Assembly: GCA_002189035.1 (NCBI GenBank)
Contig: NEEC01000016.1
Location: 1,302,001-1,366,000, forward strand
Origin: Utricularia gibba
Taxonomy: Eukaryota > Plantae > Magnoliophyta
Length of the DNA stretch: 64,000 nt
Reading direction: 5' to 3'
Under the pieces are notes generated by a model that was not told the DNA's origin, ran no database searches, and saw only the letters and a list, made by a program, of their open reading frames with translations. Below, piece by piece: positions 38,391 to 50,351 of the stretch (within the stretch, counting starts at the first letter, position 1; each line of letters begins with the position of its first letter). The position numbers and the translations under genes were made by a program.

Positions 38391-38822
38391 AATTTCTCAT
38401 ATAAAAATTCTACCAGGATTTAGGACTTCAGACAGTCATACCAGGATTTGGGTTCTTACAACAGGATGAGTCGATCACACTGGTTGTAAAAAAAAACTAA
38501 TACAAGAATCAAGAGGCAAAAAGTCGGTAACTGTCCAAAGGACTGATCAAACTGCATGAACGCACAAGGAAGCAACAGTATTTTCAGATATGATAGCAAA
38601 CATTGTTTTCAGGCCAACTTGAAAATGAGATTTCTTCACAATTAATGGAAAAAGCGTTCCCAGTAATGGAAGTGAGAGTAATGGGAGGGCAAACAAACAA
38701 TGTACGGATGCCATAAGACATCCTAGGTTCAATCGTACATGTCCGGACATTATTGGATGTGAAAACGGTGCATTGTTGTCGTGATTATCATGGTCAACAA
38801 GAAAGCATTTGAAGATACTGTG

Positions 38823-40493
38823 TCACGAGCCAAGGGAACTACCTGACGAGAGGTGAGCATGATCCTTGACCTGCCCAGAAATTTTTTTTGCAAGTAACTT
38901 CTCAAGCTCCACTTTGTCAAGCTCCTTGGCATTCTCAGCAGCATGCGCCTGTGCCAGGTTTGCATAATTAGTAGCAGACTGGGGTATGAAAGCTATTTCC
39001 TCGTCCTTGAGCTTCCTCAAGAATTTGGCTGGATTCCCACCCCATATCTGAAACATAGGAACAAACAATTTTTTCAGGACGAAGTTGTATTTCCCCTCAT
39101 GAGTTCAACAACACCAGACATTAATTCAGAATCAGTACTTTGAGAAATTAAAGGAATTATCAAAATTTCTGACACTTCACTAAGCTGAGTGAAAGATATG
39201 GCATGGTGGAATACATCAAGATCTTTGGATGTCCTACTTTTGGCAGCTCATCAAAGTGTTAGCGGCATTTTCCAACATACCTCTCCAGAGGGTATCCTCG
39301 TATTTTGCCTGACAAGAGCTCCAGCAGCCACCATGGCATGTTTCTCAACAACCACCCCATCAAGCAACGTAGCACTCATGCCAACAAAAGCCTCATCTTC
39401 CACGGTACAACCTTGTAGCACCGCACTATGACCTGAGAACAAATTTGCAATTCATCCAGCAGCAACAGAAAGCCCAAGCATTATAAAACCACATTTTTCT
39501 AAGTCAGTTGGTTCACTGACCCACTGTGACATTGTTCCCAATAATGGTAGGCAAGACCTTCCCGCTTAAATTGGACTTTGCTACATGAAGCAGAGAATTA
39601 TCTTGTATGTTGGTTCCAGTTCCAACAGTAATGTGTTTCACATCCCCTGCATTTATAAGTTCAAGGTTTAACAGCAAAGCGAATTAAAAAAAAATGCAAC
39701 AGAGCACCATCGTCATGTAACCTGAAACATTAAAACATTTCATTTACATACCGAGAGAGTGCGCATACCTCTAAGAACGCATCCATACCAAATAGAGGAA
39801 TTACGTCCAATCTGAACATCCCCAGTGATAGATGCGCTAGGGGCCACAAATGCATCCTTATGAACTACAGGCGCTTTGTCAAATAAGTTCATGAGAGTTC
39901 TATGCCTCGACACTGTGGAAAACATTGGAAATGAGCTTACTAGTTACTTTTCCAAGCCTGGAAACCCCACAAGATGGCAGAAGAAACAGAGATTTGAGAA
40001 AAAAACAATTTTCAATGGTTCACTTTGCTGATAAGTCAAGGAATTAGAAAAAAGGGCAGTGATTCCTCGTTTTAATATGTTGTTATCAAAGACGCCTTTT
40101 GATGTTTAGGTTGGGCTGCACTGAAAAACAAGTAATAAGCTCCTGAGCTCTGATTCGAAAAAAAAAAAAAAAAGCGCCTACTGTTAGACGCAAAAAACCG
40201 AATCCACCTTCTCTAAAAGCAAGGAACAAGATTTCTAACCTATGCGGCAACATTATCATAGTCGCTCTAGTGTTAACGAAAAAACACAAAACAACATTCA
40301 TTTCTTAAACACTCCATGTTAGTTTCCATTAAATAAACCATATAGAGAAGAAGAGAGTGGCATGGCCAAGAAAATTACGCTGTTCTTGGAAAAGATAGTT
40401 CCCCTGAAGCCGAGAGCCCAGCCGATCGAGAGCTTGGCCCGTTTCCCTTACCCAGAAACCAACGGTGTAGAAAACTCGCCCCAAGGATCCCAT
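38823..40493 (-). CDS. GAMMACA: Gamma carbonic anhydrase, mitochondrial complex I subunit
   Basis: MGSLGRVFYTVGFWVRETGQALDRLGSRLQG, VAPSASITGDVQIG..IWYGCVLRGD, TNIQDNSLLHV, GHSAVLQGCTVEDEAF and WGGNPAKFLRKL. Five exons in frame. Confidence 0.95.
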
Positions 40494-41282
40494 CTCCAAA
40501 TCAAGCTGGAGTACGCGAGTAATGCAATGCAATTAGGGATTGCGATCGAATATTGCTGGGGAAAAAGAGCGCGCAATCGATCAGCGTCAAAACTCTAGGG
40601 CGTCCACAAACCAGTGAACTGAAATGCTATTTCTCCCAATTCCAAGTTGAATCCCTACTTTCAAGAAATAATTCCTGATATTTGTATTTTTAAAAAATTC
40701 AATTCCATTTTGTTTTTTAAAATTTCAAAATATTTTTAAATTGAAATATTTATAAAACGGTTTATGTTATTCGGTTAATGCAGTTTTTAAACTTGAAAAC
40801 AAATTAAAAAATTATTAATTAATTAAATTTATTGTGAAATTAAGGACATATTCTAACCTAATTTTTAAAAAATAACTTATACTTCTTAAAAAATAGAAGT
40901 TAAAAAAAGAAATAAAAGTAGAAGTTGTTTTATGAAAATTTATAAATAATGTTTCAATTCTTGTATTTATTTTTAATTTTCATTTTCATGTTAAATTTCA
41001 AATCTATCCTTCTATTAAAAATAAGTTGTCATTTATTCATTTATAAAATAAGATCAATATTGATAATATTAACAATTAAATGAGAATAATAATATTGTTG
41101 AATCAAATAAACCGTCAAACATGAAATACATAAATATATTGAACTTGGATAATAAACGATTACAAATAAATTATTTATTTGAATGAAAAACACAATCAAA
41201 GCACATTAGTCATAATGAACATTTTTGGTTTTATGAGTTAGCTTGATTATGGTAAATTTTTCATAATTCATTATTGTCAGCA

Positions 41283-42250
41283 TCAAGTATAAGTAAAAAA
41301 TTGTGTATCACTATCGTAGCTAAACACAAGTTGCATTTGTTTTCTGAATGACAAGTTATGAGGAAAATCATTTTTCATATGAAATCTGTTTTTCCATATT
41401 CTAAAAGTTCGCTCAATACAGTTGCATATTGACGAGTGTCTATAATTGAAAAATTCTTGTGCAATTCTAAAACCATGGGTACATTGAAAATTGGGTAAAT
41501 GATACCATTGATTGTGGAATGTAGACATGTAACCTTTGGTATTAGAGAATCTTGAATCTACTAAGTAAACTTACTAGGTGGTGGTTTTGGAAAATTGCAA
41601 TAATTATCTCCTAAGCATTGGCATAACAACCTATTATCATAAAAGATGTCTTCATTTCTGACCAGTACAAAAACAAAACACATGTTAAAGTTGCAAATGG
41701 CCAGAATGTTTTGGGTCAGTTCTCCCTTACGTCCAATAAAACAAATGCGATCAGCGACATGAACTAAGGCCCTAACATGCATACCATCAATTGCAACAAT
41801 ACATGCTTTAAAAAAGGATAATAGTTATCATTTAATTGAATATATAGATCAATCGTGAGATATGCATCTAGAGGCTGAACCCATACGATGGACATTCAGA
41901 TTAAGGCTTGTAATACGTTGTTGAAAGTCTTGTGGATAGTATTGGTCCTACGCTGGAAAAACTTTTATAAAGAACGATTTGTTTCTTGATGTTTGACTAC
42001 TTCAAGGAACATGACTAATTTTTCAACAACTTTTGATCTTATCTAGAAATCATAATCATTCACAAGTAAATGGCAGAGTTAGAGAAAAATAGTAATGTTC
42101 ATCCACAAAGAGTTGTATGTCCTACGATAATGGGCATTAAGTATATTGAGAAGCAAAGACCAACCACTAACTTGTCTATTATTGAAAGGTTGTTTGATCA
42201 TATAGTGCTCATGATAGATGGCTGGTGCTCCTATGACTTGAAATGTTTGA
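41283..42250 (-). pseudogene. Harbinger DDE transposase remnant (second element)
   Basis: EKLVMFLEVV.., YYPFFKACIVAIDGMHVRA, GRKGELTQNILAICNFNMCF and QEFFNYRHSSICNCIERTFRIWKNRF. Stops and frameshifts are present. Confidence 0.85.
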
Positions 42251-42699
42251 TGTAATGCATGCGTGCCATCATCGGGATCAATATTGACTTATGAAGAATG
42301 AGGAGAATTATCCAATGAAAACATGATTGAAGAATGCAACTACTAAATATGAATATTTATAGTGATAAGAAATAAAAAATAAAAGCCATAAAGAAGTAAC
42401 AGTCACGAGAAAATGGAAATAAAGTCACGAGATAATGGATTAAAGTCACAAGAAAGTGGAGATAATGTCACAAGAAAGTAATTTTTTTTACAAAATAACA
42501 AAAATAAAATCATGAGAAAGAGGAATTATCTTCATAAAAAAGATGAAATAAAAGTCACAATAAAGTAAAAACGTTACATTAGTCTTGAATTACAACAACA
42601 TCAAATCTTTTGTGGTGAACTAGCATTTGATCTAATATTTATAAATCGAGAGTAGTTCGAGGATTGGGAAGTGCTCATGCGACTCTTCAAATATGTTAT

Positions 42700-43640
42700 G
42701 CGTTTATCATCAATGTCAATGGTTAAGAAAATATGATATTTCACTATCTTGGCAAGTGGTGCATTCTCTTGCATCATAAAACATTACCACCAAAACCTTA
42801 ACACACTCTTCTACAGGTCATAGATCATCCTTCATTAAACGACGTCCATTATCTTCAGCAATCTGCTTGATCGACTTCGCGATAATGTCTAAGTTACTTC
42901 CCTTTCCACTTTTTCATTTCCTTGGTTGTTCTTTTCGTAGACTATTACCGGATATACGATTAAAACTATGACCTGAAGGTGGTGTACCAAAGTCATTAAC
43001 TATAGGTTCATAAGTCCAATCAAAATTGTTATCCTTCATCTCAAAGACACATTCAAATTCATCATCCATCCCGACTAGTAGAATTCCAAAGCTTGGTATG
43101 TAGCTATCTTGACTAATAGTAATGATACCACTGAAGAGTTGTTCCATGAGTTCTTTGTGTGGTGGCAATGCATCATGAAATTTTTTAGTTTCCTTATTCT
43201 CCTACAAGCAAGAAAATCAAACAATAAAAACGAAATTATCACCATACAAGGTATCAAATACTACTAAAACCAATAATATAGATCATTAAAATAGAATGAA
43301 CAAACTTAAAGAATAAATTACCACAATCCTTTTTGCTCACCATTCATCATTAGTAAGTATCATGTTTTTTGTCATATCTCAACCTACACCAATCCAATTC
43401 ACAAATCGAATCCACAAAGTCCATAATGCTAGAAGATCACACCACTTATTCTTAATTTGTTTCATTGAATACTCATCTTTAGTTTGGCTAGTTAGTTTAT
43501 TGAGAATATTCAACAAACAAATCTTATTGAATGATGTAGTAGGTAGATTTCCACCACAAACCTCAGCCAGGCAAATCTCGAGAAATAAAAAAACTCGTTT
43601 AGAGATCTGCTTCCATTTTGAACTACGTTTTTTGTTAGTT
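42700..43640 (-). pseudogene. Harbinger Myb/SANT-like ORF1 remnant, same strand as and upstream of its transposase
   Basis: KWKQ..FLEICLAEV..YSMKQIKNK.., then LPHKELMEQLFSGI-like segment (42914-43168) and later FEEHEHFPILE-like acidic C-terminal helix. Degenerate. Confidence 0.65.
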
Positions 43641-44599
43641 TCATTACCTCCAACACTTTTTTCCCCTTGTCCATCACTATGTTACAAAGCCAAAACAAAG
43701 GAAAAAAAAATTAAAGAAATATACTAAAATTAGTTGAAGACATCTATATTAATGGAGTAATATAAAAAAAAACTATTAAGCATGAAAAATTACAGTAATA
43801 TTAAACGTAGAGCAAGTCATAAATTAATATCTCACAATATAAAAGGACAACTCAGAATTTTTTTTAAACAAAATAGTGCAACGTTTATGATACAACAAGT
43901 TTTCAATCCAAAGTCCGCTATTAAATGTAACAAAAGTAGTAGCAACTCAGCTACAACATTAAATGCAATTTTAAAAAAAGCTCAGCCACAACTCACGTAT
44001 TTATCTCCACCCTAGTTAAGAAGCAAGGATCCAATTCAAACTGAAATTAATATCGGAAAAAATTGGAGCAACAAAAAAAGGCGTTATCTTTGGAATTATA
44101 AAGACCTTCCAACAAATGTCACTCCTAAAAAGCATGTTATTCAATTTAGATTGAAATCATAATTGGGTGTAAAATCACTAAACCCTAAAGCATTGTCGAA
44201 GGGTATAGAATGCATGGAAATTGAATGAAATATTGAATATATTGTTGTAATGAAGGATAAATTTTTAAATTTACAATGAGAAGTAAGAATAAGAAGTGAG
44301 AATAAACCGTAAACCGTGCGGTTTAGATTTAAAAATAAAAAAATTTTAAAAAATTTTTAAAAATTTTAAAAAAATTAAAAACAATTAAAAAAATTTTAAA
44401 AAATTTTAAAAATTTAAAATAAAATTAAAAAATGTATATTATTTTTTACACTTTTCTCAAGCACGCATACTAAGGAAGTGAGTGCCTGAAAAATCTTCTC
44501 TAACACTGATGGAATCTAAATCGATTTTCGCCCTTAACAAACACCCCTTCCCAAACACACTCACGACAGATGTAGGTGCTTAGAAAATGGTCTCAGATA

Positions 44600-45874
44600 C
44601 CCTCACGACACACTCTCTTAAATTACACACTTATTTTTCATCTTGTTCACAAATGGCAATATACTAAAATCATTGAAAAGGTCATAATATTTTATGGAAT
44701 ATCTGATAGAATTTTTTCTATTTCTTTGGATAATGCCTCTGCAAATACAAATGTTATAGACATTTTGAAAAGTAACATGAATCCTATGTTAAATAATATT
44801 TTTTTCCACATTAGATGCACTTGTCATATATTAAATTTGTGTGCTCAAAATGGTTTGAAAGAATGTGAAAATTTTTTAACTCCTATTCGTGATTTAATTA
44901 GTATGATTAGAACTTCCCCTAATAAAAGAGATGATTTTAAAAGGATTTGTCAAGAAAGTAACATCTCTTATCGTAAATTTAAAAATAATTGTCCAACTAG
45001 ATGGAACTCTACATTTGACATGTTACAATTTCTTGACTCATTCTATTTTTGAAAAAATAAGAGGTTTAGTAAATTTATTAGAAATATTTTATTCTTGTAC
45101 TAAGATTTTGAGTGGTATTTACTATTCAACTTCTCAACTTGTGCTTTCATGTATTTGTAAAATTTCGTTTGCTTTTTATGACCATCAAAGTGATTGTGAT
45201 TTTTTGGGAGACGTAGTGTGAAATATGAAAAATAAGTTTTTGAAATATTTTGATGAAATCCCACATTTGTTTCTTATTGCACCTATTTCGGATCCCCGGG
45301 TTAAGTCTAGAGGTATGAAAATATTACTTGAATGTATTTCAGAATCATTTAGTGTGGATGATGTTACTTTTCCATTAAAAATTGTGAAGAAATAGATGTT
45401 GATGCCAATAATGTTCTACGTGCCATGTATTCCCTTTATGCTTCTAAATACAGTGATCTTAGTGTTCCTATTCCTAAAGCATGTAACAAGTCGACATTTG
45501 GTAGTGGCAATCCAATGGACATTATTCGTAGGAAACATAGTTCATTTGTGTCGTCCTCTTCATCATCTTCATTAAACTCTGTTGATCAAATTACACTTTA
45601 CAATAATACTCCTATTGTTGAGGGTGTTGATGATGACAACTTTGATATATTGGGTTGGTGGAAGACAAATTCTACTACTTACCCTATCTTGGCTAGAATG
45701 GCCAAAGATCTTCTAACACCTTCAATATCTACAATGGCATCTGAAAGTGCGTTTAGTGCAGGGGGACGAGTTCTCAAACACAAGCGCTCCAAATTGAACG
45801 TAGAGACTCTGGAGGCATGCATTTGTCTAAAGGATTGGTTGGAGGTTGTGAAAAGAAATCAAACCTTATCCTAA
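44600..45874 (+). pseudogene. hAT-superfamily transposase (5'-truncated, decayed)
   Basis: ISLDNASAN, FHIRCTCHILNL and PTRWNSTFDML motifs, plus the hAT C-terminal dimerisation domain FDILGWWK..YPILARMAKDLL..ASESAFSAGGRVL..LEACICLKDWL. Confidence 0.9.
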
Positions 45875-46025
45875 AGTTCAAGTGAAGATGAAGTTGAAGA
45901 CTCCTAAATTGGAAACATTTAGTGCTTCATGAAATAATATTACTTTGTAAAAAAATGTTATATTCAACTTTTTAATTTGTCTAAAGGATTGGCTTGAAAT
46001 TTGGTCACTGACTCGCAAGCATCCT

Positions 46026-46395
46026 CCCGAGGCACCCACATGAGGGAAGAGGGTATCTGGAAAACTGTCTCAAATACTCCTTTTCAGACACCCATATAAG
46101 AGAGCTGGGTGCCTGGAAATCACTCTTGCCAGACACCCACACAATGTATTATTTTATAGGTGCCGTCCAACTCTCTTTCCTGAATACCTTCCCGAGACAC
46201 CAACATGAGGAAAGAGGTTGTCTGGAAAATTATCTCAAATGCTCCTTCCCAAGCACCCATATAAGAGAAGTGGGTGCCTGGAAATGGCCTTACCCACTCT
46301 GTCCAAACACCCACACAAGCATTGTGGGTGCCTGGAAAAGGATACCCGACTCTCTTTCCAGACACCCACATGAGGCAATGTCGGTGTCTGGAAAA
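46026..46395. repeat. Array of seven ~39-bp palindromic units (~55-bp period, ~165-bp higher-order period)
   Basis: Units of form (T)TCCAGRCACCCAYA-N9-11-TGGGTGYCTGGAAA at ~46026, 46081, 46128 (partial), 46191, 46246, 46301 and 46355. Single related units at ~44452-44492 and ~52624-52662. Confidence 0.85.
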
Positions 46396-47102
46396 TGATC
46401 TAAGCGACAGACGAATATTCTTTATTTATTAAAATTAATTTACAGTATTTAGGATATGTAAAATCATTTCATTTTCAAATTTTTATATTCCAATTAATAC
46501 AACAACAAATTTTTATGATTATGAAAATTAAGAATACTTTCAAAGATTGCGCAATTCCCAAATTTCGGGTACGAGTGCCTAATTTTTCATTTCTTGTGCC
46601 AGTCGCCCACATTAGCGATTCTGGGTGCCTCAAAATTGGAGTATTAATTAGACCATGGGTTCGCATCGATTCAAACGTCCGGCACACACCTTGTCTAAAA
46701 ACAATGAAAGCTATTATCGACAACCTACAAAAGTAGGGACATCATTGCGCGTAATCATTAGCTTATGATTTGGTGTATTAAACCAAATCCCCACGCACCC
46801 ATTCACAACGCTACACATCACCACCCCAGTCCCCACTTTACTCACTCCCCACGTTGTCAATTAAGACAACCCTAATCCCCACCCATCTGGTAAGAAAAAT
46901 TTCTTACCTCTTTCCCCCTCCCTCCCAGCCGAAAGCGACCGGACGCCCCCACAGTCCCACCACCTACTTGGAGTGTTGTTTAAATTAAACAAGATAAGTG
47001 ATTTATTTTCCACCATGGGTTGATGATCTATGTTCCAAATTGTAATACCTTGTTGAATTATTGTAGTTTGAATTTTTATACAATACCTATGGGTTTTTGT
47101 AG

Positions 47103-48581
47103 ATGCACACTTCTGAAAAATTGAGAACTAGATTCTTGATACCGGATGAATATGAGATATGGGACAAAGAACCGGATTAGTTGATTGAGAGTGAAATTCC
47201 AAACCGTGTGGGTCCAATGGGATTTGCCTTAAGCACGGAGCATTTCCGTTGTGGTTTGCGCTTACCATTATTGCCCTTTTTAGAAGAAATATTAGAATGT
47301 TTAAAGATTCCTTTATCTCATTTGACTCCAAGATCTATCTCATGTGTTGGTCTTTGTTAGTATTTGTGAGAAGTTATGTCTTGAGGTGGAACTTCGCTAT
47401 TTTTTTGCTGTGAGTATATGTTCTAGGATTCTAAACAAGAACCACTACACCCTAAAGGGGAAAAAACGCTATTGGTGTGGTGTGTTGAAAAATCCTAGAG
47501 TCTCCCAAAAGAATGAAGACTTGTCTAGGAATAAGAGGACACAAGATGGGAATGATGTTGAAGGGGACGAGCTCACACATGGTCTCGATAATGTGGATGA
47601 GAGACTTGAATTTATAACAAAGGAGAATGAAGAGGTTCACTACAAGTTGGATTGGTATGAGAGTCATTGGGCATATACCGGACCTTCTTTGAATGCCTCA
47701 GAGCCTCAACGAAAGCTGATTATCTTGGATGTAAATGGTGTGCTAGCAGACATCGTTTATAGGGCTGGAGCGTCAAGGTCACGAATTCCTCCAGATAAAA
47801 TCATATATGGCCGATCAGGTACGTTAACACAATACTTATTTTTGTGTGTTATGTGCATTCACAATTTGTGAGATATCATATGTAACTTTTGGTGCAAATT
47901 ATGCAGTCTTTCTACGTCCATATGCCCGCGATTTTATTAGGTGGTGTGTGGATAATTTTGATGTAGCCTTATGGTCATCCCGTGGGGGTACGTGTGCTGC
48001 ATCTTTTTTTTTTGGTTGGTATTTAGAATTGGTTCAAACACTTGCAAGTGATTTATTTTGTAGGGAGCAACTACAAGCAATCACTAAATGAGTCTTTCCA
48101 CCTTCGTTATTCGACAAACTCATTTTCGTATGGGACCAAACCATGACAAATTACACCGGCGTACATGTTCACAACAATCCTAGCAACGCGGTTTACATGA
48201 AGGAGTTGAGTCGTGTATGGGCTGTGAACAATGGATTGAACACGAGATATGACCGTCACAATACCTAATTAATTGATGATTCACCTCACAAGTCAATGAA
48301 AAATCCGGTAAGTCATTTTTTGCCAGTATACTCTTGCACACACTTGGTTATACATCAAATCTAACCCTTCAATTTTTAGGAAAATAATGTTGTTTTTCCA
48401 AGTCCCTATTTGCATACTAATAGGGATGATGCATCACTCAATGTTGATGGTGAGTTGCAGACTTTCCTTGAAGGGTTATGCTCATGATGTTCCAAGTTAT
48501 GTTAATGAAAACCGAATAGAACAGCCTCCCATACGTGAGGGACATGCCTTATTAGAGTATTATGCATGCCTACATGATTGA
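47103..48581 (+). pseudogene. Transposase_28-like domain fused to FCP1/NIF-type HAD phosphatase-like domain (spliced, decayed)
   Basis: EHFRCGLRLPLLPFLEEILECLKIPLSHLTPRS (Transposase_28-like), frameshift, then one open frame through VLVFVSICEKL.. to RKLIILDVNGVLADI. Further exons read VFLRPYARDFIRWCVDNFDVALWSSR, LIFVWDQ..KELSRVW..LIDDSPHKSMKNP and DGELQTFLEGL. Stops at 47178, 48089 and 48266. Confidence 0.75.
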
Positions 48582-48769
48582 GGGAAGGAGTCTCTAATTT
48601 CTAAATAGCCGTCCCATTTATTCTCAATTAGACAGACATTTACGAAATGTCACATTTTGATTATGCCATTGAAATTATTTTAAAATAAATGAATAAATTA
48701 CTGACAACACCTACGAAACAACTTATTTATACTATATGACGCTTATTTTGATTTTGTAAATTAATTTAT

Positions 48770-50050
48770 AGGGACGGCACATACATAAAAATGTTTCTTA
48801 TAGGGGCCGTCAAAATATGAAAATATTATTAATTTTGCTTATGGATGTGAATTGTTTATTAAACGATTTCCAATTACAATTGGCATCCATAATATAAAAA
48901 ATATTTTTTCGTGCATAATTATTTTAAATAATGTTATACTAAAATACAGAATTATAATTGTGTTGTTGACATACAATCACATTTTAATTTAGAACATTTT
49001 TAGCAAAAATATGATACGAATGTAAGTTCTTGTCTAACTTAACACCAAATGTTGTGAGGTTTAATAGAGGAAAACATTTGAGATACAATATACATATACT
49101 TTTGTGAAAAAAGTTCTTTTTTATAATCCTATCTTAAATATTCAGCACATTACAACATTCACGATGATAAACGTCACCATCAAGGACCATTTATATTAAA
49201 AAAAAACATAAATTTCGACTTCGTGGTTTAGGGTTTTTAGGGGTTTAGGGTTTAGGGTAAACGAAATATCTGAAATATTCCCGCCTTTTTAATATGTTGC
49301 AAATGTGAAATTTTGGACGGCACATACATAACACTGCGTTTTCTAGGGGCGGCAAAAACAATTTATGGAAATACTCTGAAATGTACTTACGTATGTAAAT
49401 TGTTTATTAAATGATTTACAATTCAAATTGACGTCCATTAGATACAAAGTATTTTTCTATCGAATTTCTATTTAAAAAAACTGGTACAAAAATTTGAAAT
49501 TACAAATGTATAATTAAAAGGCAATATAATGACATTGAAGTTTATAAATAATCATTCACATTTACATTAGATATTAATATATCTTGTTTTCTAATTAAAT
49601 GTCAAATATTATGATGCTTTATTAAAAAAACATATATTTGCAAAAAAACATAATTTTTATTATTTTTAACGTTACAATATTGGTGATGATAAACTTCATT
49701 ACTATAAAAAAAACTACTAAAATTTTTAATTTGTAATTTAATTAAGGGTTTAGGGTAGTTAAATGTGTAATAAATTCTTGTCATTTTTTAAAAAAATGTA
49801 AGAATAGTTGGATTTTGAGAAGGTACATTCAAACACACGTAACGCGTAGGTGTCACTGAAATATATCCATAACCTTTTTCGTTTATCATTTTTAAAATAC
49901 TGAGAATTTGAAATTTGGGACGGCACATGAAACAATGAGTATTTTGTAGGTGCCGCTATTTTTTAATTATTTTAAATAATTGATTTAGTCTGTATATGGA
50001 TGTGAATTAATCTATGCAATATGATTTTCTGAAAAAGTTGGCGTCCATTA
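48770..50050. repeat. Three diverged copies of a ~250-bp module headed by a GGACGGCACAT..(G/T)GCCG hairpin
   Basis: GGGACGGCACATACATAA..TAGGGGCCGTC (~48771), GGACGGCACATACATAA..TAGGGGCGGC (~49316) and GGGACGGCACATGAA..TAGGTGCCGC (~49917). Each is followed by a TATG(G/T)A(T/A)..GAATT..GCGTCCAT-like tail. Confidence 0.65.
49225..49257 (+). repeat. Short interstitial telomere-like (TTTAGGG) tract
   Basis: GGTTTAGGGTTTTTAGGGGTTTAGGGTTTAGGG. Confidence 0.75.
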
Positions 50051-50351
50051 TATAAGTGTACAATCCTACCTAGTTTACATCACATTTTGCTGCATACAAA
50101 GGCTCTTCTTATCAGTGTCGTTGCGCTCCTGAAAGCCCATAATTCGTCGGCTTAAAATCGGGTAATCTTGTTGTTGCAACTTACATTATTTTTGTGAAAT
50201 GTATTCTATGCATTTGTTGCTGCAGTATGCGTTTTATATTAAGTTGGGTTTAGCTGCGTTATTCATCGTTAATATCATGTTTGTTTTGATGTTTTCCATT
50301 TCCTTATTTTTAGAATTCCATTCTTATTATGTATCCTTTATTGATTAGGGA

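Noticed and set aside
46026-46395. CRISPR-like look of the palindromic repeat array
   Set aside because: Eukaryotic context, no cas genes, and the spacers are themselves periodic (165-bp super-repeat) rather than unique.
46120-46398. Short ORFs on both strands of the palindrome array, and 52585-53094 ORFs
   Set aside because: They arise from repeats or from the antisense strand of the GDSL exon.
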